Shown in pieces: positions 56,756 through 64,000 of a stretch of 64,000 bases of DNA. The stretch comes from Nitrospirota bacterium (GTDB taxonomy: Bacteria > Nitrospirota > JACRHJ01). A model generated the notes under the pieces. It did not search any database and was not told where the DNA came from. It saw only the letters and a list, made by a program, of their open reading frames with translations. Both the position numbers and the translations under genes were made by a program. The stretch lies in contig CAVTDB010000026.1 in assembly GCA_963733375.1 (NCBI GenBank), positions 1-64,000 of the forward strand, given 5' to 3'. Positions within the stretch are counted from its first letter, which is position 1; each line of letters opens with the position of its first letter.

Positions 56756-57527
56756 ATGAAAATTACCATCTTGGGTTGCGGCACGTCTTTCGGCGTGCCA
56801 ATGATTGCCTGCAAATGCCCCGTATGCCAGTCCTCCGACCCCAGGAACAAGAGGCTGCGCTCGTCCATATTAGTATCCTGGGACGATAAAAACATCCTGG
56901 TGGATACGGCCACCGACCTCCGGGCGCAGGCGATCGCCAACGGGGTCGAGCATATCGACGCCGTCGTTTATACCCATCCGCACGCGGAACACATAAACGG
57001 AATCGACGAGCTCAGGCGGTTCAACTGGCTCCAGGGCGCATCCATCCCGTGCTATGGAAGCCCGGAAACCCTGAAGGTGCTTCGGGATAATTTCAAATAC
57101 ATATTCGTCTTGCAGGGGAAGCCCGGCTGGCAGCCGAACCTGACGACGAACGAGATCGACGAGCCTTTCGACCTTTTCGGGATGAAGGTAATTCCCGTCG
57201 AGGTGATGCATGGGGACCTGCCGATATTCGGATACCGTTTCGGCGATTTCGCATACATCACGGATTTCAGCGAAATACCGGAGGAGTCCATGGACCTCCT
57301 GAAGGGCCTTGAAGTTATGGTGCTTGAGGCCCTCCGGACGGAACCTCATCCGGCGCACGTGACGATATCAGCAGGCGATGCAGTACGTGGAGGTATTGAA
57401 GCCTAAGAGGGCGATATTCACGCACATGGCGCATGGGTTCGATTACGAGACCGTGATGAAGGAAATGCCTTCCGGCGTCGAACTGGCATATGACGGCATG
57501 GTGATAGAGATACAGGAGAAACAATAA
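56756..57527 (+). CDS. PhnP-like metallo-beta-lactamase-fold hydrolase; frameshifted
   Basis: LGCGTS.GVP...C.C.VC.S.DPRNKRLRSS; THPHAEH; AYDG. Confidence 0.88.
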
Positions 57528-58523
57528 ATGGGCATGGACCGGGAAAAACTTCGGGCGATGGCGTCCGGATTTCAGTCCGCAAAGATACTTCTGGCGGCGA
57601 ACGAGCTGGGGATATTTAAATTGCTTGCCGGGAAGGGTCTGAACGCGGATGAGATATCGAGCGCCTTAAGCCTGGACCAGGAAGCGGCACAGATGCTCCT
57701 CGGGGCGCTGGTGGGCTTGAAGCTCCTTGAGCGTAAAAGAGGGAAACTCTACAATACCCCGGAGGTAAGCGAGTATCTGGGCAAAGACTCGGATGAGAGC
57801 CTGTCCTGCATATTCAGCCATATGAACCACCTCTACGAGTCATGGGGGAACCTTGACAAGGTGGTTAAAAAAGGCAGGCCGAAGAGAAAGGCGCCTTCAA
57901 AACTCCTGTCGGACAAAAAGGCGAACAGGGACTTTATCTGCGGTATGTTCGAGGTAGGCCGCCCCACGGCTCAAATGTTCGTGGAAGAGATGGACCTGGC
58001 CGGCGTCAGGAAATTTGCAGACATCGGCGGAGGGCCGGGCGTGTATCCTATCACGATAGGCAGGAAGCATCCGGACATGAGCTTCGTCCTCGCGGACTAT
58101 CCCAATACTGTCAAAGTGGCGCGCGAGTACGTGAAGAAATACGGGATGAGCAGGAGGGTGAAACTTGCCGAGTGCGCCTTCTTTGACGTGGACGAACTCG
58201 GGATAGGCGGCGATTTCGATATGGCCCTTCTTTCCCAGGTCCTTCACGCGGCGCCGGACGAGAAGGCGAAGGGGCTTCTTAAAAAAGTCTTCCGCATCCT
58301 GCGTCCCGGCGGGAGGGTAGTCATAAACGAAAATGCCCTGAACGACGACAGGTTCTCGCCTCCGCCGCCGTTAGTTTTCGCTATTAACATGCTCGTCCAG
58401 AACGCCGGACGCACGTTTACAATAAGCGAGCTTAAAAACTGGCTGAAGGAATCGGGATTCAGGAAGATTAATGCCAGAAGACTCCATGACCGCTCGGTGC
58501 TGGTGGAGGGGACCAAACCCTAA
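57528..58523 (+). CDS. SAM-dependent O-methyltransferase (dimerisation + Methyltransf_2)
   Basis: AANELGIF, DIGGGPG, LRPGGRVVI.E. Confidence 0.88.
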   Translation: MGMDREKLRAMASGFQSAKILLAANELGIFKLLAGKGLNADEISSALSLDQEAAQMLLGALVGLKLLERKRGKLYNTPEVSEYLGKDSDESLSCIFSHMNHLYESWGNLDKVVKKGRPKRKAPSKLLSDKKANRDFICGMFEVGRPTAQMFVEEMDLAGVRKFADIGGGPGVYPITIGRKHPDMSFVLADYPNTVKVAREYVKKYGMSRRVKLAECAFFDVDELGIGGDFDMALLSQVLHAAPDEKAKGLLKKVFRILRPGGRVVINENALNDDRFSPPPPLVFAINMLVQNAGRTFTISELKNWLKESGFRKINARRLHDRSVLVEGTKP

Positions 58524-58622
58524 GGGACCGTATAATAGACGATATTCGAGCTCATCGACTTACGTCTCCAAAATGGGCCGATACTGCAAATGCGGTATGG
58601 TTGCCCGGCCTGTCCCGGAGCT

Positions 58623-60144
58623 TTAGAACGGCCGTCCCGGGGTTTGCCGACGTTGGTCCCCCCGTGAGACGGTAGCAGATTTTTTTGCCGTCCCTGTAGA
58701 AAAATACCTTCTTCCGAACTGCGCCGATCCTTCCGCGAAAACCATCGCCTGCATGACCGAAAAATTTCCCTGGCGCGTTACCGATAGCTGAATTTTGTCG
58801 CCTTCCGCCGCGCCGATTGTCCTTGCGGCATTTATGCGGCCTCCCGTTATAAGGGGGAGTTTAAGGAAGTCCGCGTTATCCAGGATGAGTGACTTTATCT
58901 GCGCGGCGGTGAGCGATTTATTTACGGACGCGGTGAGCGCGGCAAGACCTGAGACATGCGGGGCGGCCATGGACGTCCCCGATTCGACCATATACGAAGT
59001 CCCATTTCCGGAAAGTGATGCCGGCCAGGTGCTAAGGATGTTTACTCCCGGCGCCGCGACATGCACGGAATTTTTTCCATAGTCGGAAAAGTAGGCAAGT
59101 TTGTCGTCCATATCGGTAGCGGCGACGGAAATGACGCCGGATATATTAGTGAATGATGCCGGGTACATTGGTTGCGTGTCGTTATCGCTTCCGTTATTGC
59201 CCGCCGCGGCGACAAACAATATGCCGTTATCGGAAGCCTCCTGTATAGCCGCCTGGAGGATCGGGTCAATGCCCACCGGCAGGGCCGCCCCAGCTCGCGT
59301 TGATAACCCGGACGTCCACCCCGGCCTTCTTCTCGTTTACCGCGTAGTTTATACATGTCACGGCGTCTTCGGTATTGCCTGTGGCGCCGAAGTCGGGTCG
59401 GGGCTGAGGAACTTGAGGGCCATGATGGAGACATGCCAGTTTATGCCGCAAATGCCCATGGCATTGTCCCCCATCGCGCCTATGATGCCCGACACATGGC
59501 TGCCATGGCCGACATCGTCCAACGGGTCTCCAGTACCGGTAATTGCGTTAATGCCGTGGATATCGCCTGAGTATCCCTGGTTGCCGGGCGAAGGGTTTGT
59601 CCAGACGTTGCCGCCAGGTCCGGATGAGTATAATCTATCCCTGTGTCTATCACCGCCACGACGATATCCTTGGACCCGGTCGCCCTGTTCCATGCGAAGG
59701 GCATCTTGATATCGGCGCCGCGCTTCCCGTGACTCATGGACATTGACCTTCTGTCCGGTATCCAGCAGGCCCCACTGGAGCTTAAATAGCGGGTCGTCCG
59801 GCTTTTCCAGCGCATGATATATGTAATTGGGCTGGGCCAACTCCACGTCCGGGGACATCAAGGCGTCTGTTACTTTGCTTTCCACCGTCTCGCCCGGCGC
59901 GAGCTTCAACTTATAAACCCGGTCCTCAACCCCGGCCGGATAGCATCCTGCGCGCCCTTTCCACGGCGAGAGCGGAAATTATCCCTGAGCCGGTTGTGGG
60001 GGCATTTTTTTTCAGCTTTACCAATATCTCGTCTTTTTTAAAGAAGTCTCCGGCTGCAAAGGCGGCCGAGGCAGCGCCGGGTAGTCCCGCGGCAAGCACG
60101 AGGGACACGGCAAGGATAAAAAGGAAGCCCCGCGAGGTTCGCAT
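58623..60144 (-). CDS. Secreted subtilisin-like S8 peptidase; frameshifted, end approximate
   Basis: Signal peptide; VAVIDTG, HGSHVSG, AAAGN, SGTSMAAPHV. Confidence 0.9.
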
Positions 60145-60316
60145 TTTATCTTCCTCTTTTATTAGATGGATTCAGGCCGGACTGCTCGAATGGATCGTGT
60201 TCTCGAATGGATTTAATGAAAGTATATCAGAAAAGCGATAAACGGTCTCTTCCTTGACAAGAAGCGCCCATTTGTATTAATTTAAATCTGATTTTAAATC
60301 TAAATAAGGAGTTCGC

Positions 60317-61628
60317 TTGGATATCCCGCTTTCGGAGAAAGACAAGAAATACCTCTGGCACCCATTTACCCAGATGAGGGATTGGGAGGCCGAGGAGCCG
60401 CTCATAATCGAGAAAGGCAGGGGGAACTATCTCTACGACATTGAAGGGAAACGCTATTTTGACGGCGTCTCCTCGCTCTGGGTGAATGTCCACGGGCATA
60501 GAAGGAAAGAGATAGACGACGCAATCATAAGGCAGGTGAAAACCATCTCCCATTCCACGTTCCTGGGGCTATCCCATCCGCCGGGGATCGAGCTGGCCGA
60601 GAGGCTGGTCAATATAGCGCCGGAGGGGCTTAAGCGGGTATTTTATTCCGACAACGGCTCCACGGCCGTCGAAATAGGCCTTAAAATGGCCTTCCAGTAC
60701 TGGAAGCATAAAGGCGAGGACAGGCCGCTTTTCCTCTGCCTGAAGGAGGCCTACCACGGCGATACCATCGGTTCGGTCAGCGTCGGAGGGATGGAGCTGT
60801 TCCACGAGATTTTTAAACCACTTCTCTTTCAAACCGTCAAGGCGGCGACCCCGTTCTGCTACCGGTGCGGGCTCGGGTTAGAGAGAAGTTCCTGCGGCAT
60901 GGCCTGCGCGGACGAGTTGGAGAGGCTGATGCGGGAAAATGAGGGCAAAATCTCGGCGCTGGTGTTGGAGCCGCTGGTGCAGGGCGCGGCGGGGATAATC
61001 GTCCACCCGGCGGGCTATCTTACGAGGGCGCGGGAGCTTTGCGATAAGTATAATATCCTGCTCGTCCTGGACGAGGTCGCTACCGGCTTCGGCAGGACGG
61101 GCCGATTATTCGCTTGTCAGCACGAGGGGGTCTCTCCGGATATTCTCTGTCTCGCCAAGGGCATCACCGGCGGCTATCTGCCGCTCGCGGCGACGATGAC
61201 GGCCGAGAAGATATATGAAGCTTTCCTGGGGGACTATGCCCAGCTTAAAACCTTTTTCCACGGTCACAGCTATACCGCGAACCCCCTTGCCTGCGCCGCC
61301 GCGCTTGCGAATCTGGACGTGTTCGAGAAGGATGAGACGCTTCAACTCATGCCGGAAAAAGAGGCCGCGCTTTCCGCCGGGCTGGAAAACATTAAAAAGC
61401 TTCCTCACGTGGGGGACGTGCGCCGGAAGGGGCTCATGGTCGGTATAGAGCTTGTGAAGGACAAGGACACGAAGGAGCCGTATCCTTTGCCGGAGAAAAT
61501 AGGGATCCGGGTTATAACCGAGGCAAGGCGGCTGGGGCTTATAATCCGCCCGCTTGGAAACGTCATAGTGCTGATGCCGCCGCTCTCGTCCACGCCGCCG
61601 AGAAACTGACGAGAAGAGTGGTTGATTA
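60317..61628 (+). CDS. bioA: Adenosylmethionine-8-amino-7-oxononanoate aminotransferase; 3' end garbled
   Basis: LWHPFTQM, SSLWVNVHGH, YHGDT.G, DEVATGFGRTG, HGHSYT.NP. Confidence 0.93.
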
Positions 61629-61750
61629 ACGATCACTGAAAAACCGCCTGCGATAATGTAAGGCCGGGTGTGGCGGTGGCAGGCATGGTGGAAGGTTTGG
61701 CGACAATAATAAATATTTGGTGAATTAATAGATGCAGGATATGCCGGAAC

Positions 61751-62314
61751 ATGGGAGAACTGACGGAAGTAATATCTCCTCTCGAAATAACGGAGGCGGT
61801 CAGGCGGCTCGGGACGGAAATAAACCGCGACTACGCGGGGGGAGAGGTTCTGGCCGTCTGCGTCCTGAACGGCTCGTTTATCTTTTTTTCCGATTTAATC
61901 CGGGAGCTTACGGTGCCGGTAGAGGTGGATTTCCTGAAAGTAAAGAGTTACGGCTCCGGGACGGAGAGCTCCGGAGAGTTGGAGGTAGATTGCTGGCTGA
62001 AGGCGGACGTGAAGGGAAGGGACGTCCTGGTAGTGGAGGATATCGTTGACACGGGGCTGACCTTGAGCGTTATCATTCAGAGACTGAAGGCGGGGAATCC
62101 AAAAACATTAAAGGTCTGCGCCCTCCTGGACAAGCGGGCCAGGAGGAAGGCGGCGGTTAATCCGGACTATACCGGTTTCCTGGTGGAGGACCAGTTCCTC
62201 GTAGGGTACGGCCTTGACCTGGACGGCCGCCACCGGAACCTCCGGGGAGTTTGCAAAGTGCGCCCTCCTAGGGCAGGAATTGCCGTAAAACTCAATAACT
62301 TATTTACTTCTTGA
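61751..62314 (+). CDS. hpt: Hypoxanthine phosphoribosyltransferase
   Basis: VLNGSFIF, VEDIVDTGLTL, FLVGYGLD....RNL. Confidence 0.9.
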   Translation: MGELTEVISPLEITEAVRRLGTEINRDYAGGEVLAVCVLNGSFIFFSDLIRELTVPVEVDFLKVKSYGSGTESSGELEVDCWLKADVKGRDVLVVEDIVDTGLTLSVIIQRLKAGNPKTLKVCALLDKRARRKAAVNPDYTGFLVEDQFLVGYGLDLDGRHRNLRGVCKVRPPRAGIAVKLNNLFTS

Positions 62315-62369
62315 GGAGCGGGTGATATAATTTTGGAAGGGAAAAGTGATTAAGGAGGTAATATACGAT

Positions 62370-63845
62370 ATGGGTCATAAAAAGCTTGTAACGTGGTTAG
62401 GGGTAATCATGCTCCTTACGCTTGGAGTCGCTTCCGGACTTATAATATCGTCGCGTCTCGATATAATGAATATCAGCAGGGCGCAAAAAGACAAGCCTTT
62501 CAAAGTATCTCCCGCGCTTACCCAGATCTCGGACGCCCTTGCGGACGTGGCGTCGCAGGTTACGCCCACTGTAGTAAATATTTCCACAACCAAGACGGTA
62601 AAGCCGGACGACCAGTTAAATCCGTACTTCGATGACCCCTTCCTGCGCAAGTTCTTCGGAGTGCCGGAACATCCCAGAGGGAGTTCAAGGAGAGGAGCTT
62701 AGGCTCCGGCGTAATAGTCTCTTCCGATGGCTATATAATCACGAATAACCATGTAATCGAGGGAGCCAGCGAGATAAAGGTCGTCCTGCCGAACAAGCGG
62801 GAATTCAAGGGAAAGCTGATAGGCGCCGATTCCAGGAGCGACGTGGCGGTGATAAAGATCGACGACAAGGACCTCCCGGCGATAACCTGGGGCGATTCCG
62901 ATAAACTCCGGCCTGGCGAGATGGTCATGGCGGTCGGGTCTCCCTTCGGGCTTACCCAGTCGGTAACGATGGGGATAATCTCCGCGGTAGGCCGCGCCAA
63001 CATCGGCATTGAGGATTACGAAGACTTTATCCAGACGGACGCCGCGATAAACCCCGGCAACTCCGGCGGCGCGCTCGTCAACATGCGCGGTGAACTGGTT
63101 GGCATCAATACCGCCATATTTTCGCGCACGGGAGGCTATCAGGGGATAGGTTTCGCGGTGCCGTCGAGGATGGCCAAGCAGGTTATGGAAAGCCTGATCC
63201 GCACCGGTAAAGTGGTCAGGGGCTGGCTTGGAGTATCGGTGCAGGACGTAACCCCTGCATTATCCAAGCAATTCGGCGTCCCGGTGGGCGAAGGGGCGCT
63301 GGTGGGCGAGGTCGTGAAGGGGAGCCCCGCCGAGAAGGCCGGTTTCAAGCAGGGCGACGTAATAATAGAGTTTAATGGCAAAAAAGTTGAGGATTCCGGG
63401 CACTTAAGGAACCTGGCCGCCTCTACCGTGGTCGGCAGCAGGATAAAGGTGGAAGTAATAAGGAATCAGAAGAAGGAGAGCCTTACCGTGACCGTGGGAG
63501 AGTTGCCCAAGGAAGCTGCGGCGGGGCAGACCGAGAAGACGGCTACTGACGACGGCGCTTTCGGGCGTGACTGTCCAGGACCTCACTCCGGACCTTGTCG
63601 ACAGGCTGGGACTGGACCCGAGCACCACGGGAGTGGTGGTAGACATGGTGGACCCGGGGAGCGTGGCGGACGAGTCCGGTCTTCAGAGGGGCGACGTGAT
63701 AACCGAGATTAACAGGAAGCCCGTCAGGAACGTGAAGGAGTATAATGCCGAGGTTAATAAGCTTCAAAAGGGCGCCGCGGTACTCCTTCTTATAAACAGG
63801 AAGGGTTCGGCGCTCTGGCTGCCTGTGAGCCCGGGAGAAGAATAA
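62370..63845 (+). CDS. DegP/HtrA serine protease with two PDZ domains; frameshifted
   Basis: TNNHV, DVAVIKI, IQTDAAINPGNSGG, PDZ segments. Confidence 0.93.
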
Positions 63846-63879
63846 AAATTTATCTGTTCTCTGGAGGATATTTTTTATC

Positions 63880-64000
63880 ATGTTTAATGTAATCAGAATA
63901 GGTTTTCTCATTGTCTCCGCGATAATGGGACAACTGATATTTTCGCAGATGACTAACCTGGGGGGGAATACGGCGCTCGGCGCGGGGATAGGCCTGGCCG
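63880..64000 (+). CDS. Start of a probable membrane protein (partial)
   Basis: GGAGG RBS then MFNVIRIGFLIVSAIMGQLIF...; truncated by the window edge. Confidence 0.4.
   Translation, partial: MFNVIRIGFLIVSAIMGQLIFSQMTNLGGNTALGAGIGLA

Noticed and set aside
58623-60144. S8 protease as an OzpA-like nanowire-maturing enzyme
   Set aside because: It lies more than 40 kb from the cytochrome cluster with no adjacent cytochrome; nothing links them.

Overview
Chromosomal window from a GC-rich Gram-negative, probably anaerobic bacterium (Nitrospirota/Desulfobacterota-like; the taxonomy is inference). Single-base indels break many genes, including essential ones, so this looks like an unpolished long-read assembly. 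Genes were reconstructed across frames and many boundaries are approximate. Layout: (i) 1-17 kb, minus strand: a sigma54-preceded multiheme cytochrome system. It has two paralogous 14-heme cytochromes with OmcE-like N-termini, each preceded by an FN3/NHL-propeller gene, plus a ~16-heme cytochrome, a double-PpiC lipoprotein, an FN3/Ig-like scaffold ending in a Lys-less lipoyl-fold domain, and a beta-barrel. A DUF2723 glycosyltransferase and a redoxin-TPR gene flank it. (ii) 20-28 kb: small metabolic genes and the ffh-rpsP-khpA-rimM-trmD-rplS-rnhB block. (iii) 28-34 kb: a MacB-type permease and a metal porin/ZnuABC-like operon led by a hidden DUF2946-like CxxC...RPPP peptide. (iv) 34.5-49.4 kb: a Mo-nitrogenase cluster nifA-H-D-K-EN-X-I1-I2-fdxB-nifQ-modBAC-nifV-nifB next to tRNA-Leu(CAA). 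(v) 49.6-64 kb: housekeeping genes, including an ArcE-like/aminotransferase/aldehyde dehydrogenase operon. Seven copies of a covarying double-hairpin repeat occupy intergenic gaps of the ribosomal and nif operons. The best candidate for an undescribed system is the 14-heme OmcE-like filament cluster with its own assembly and export genes.
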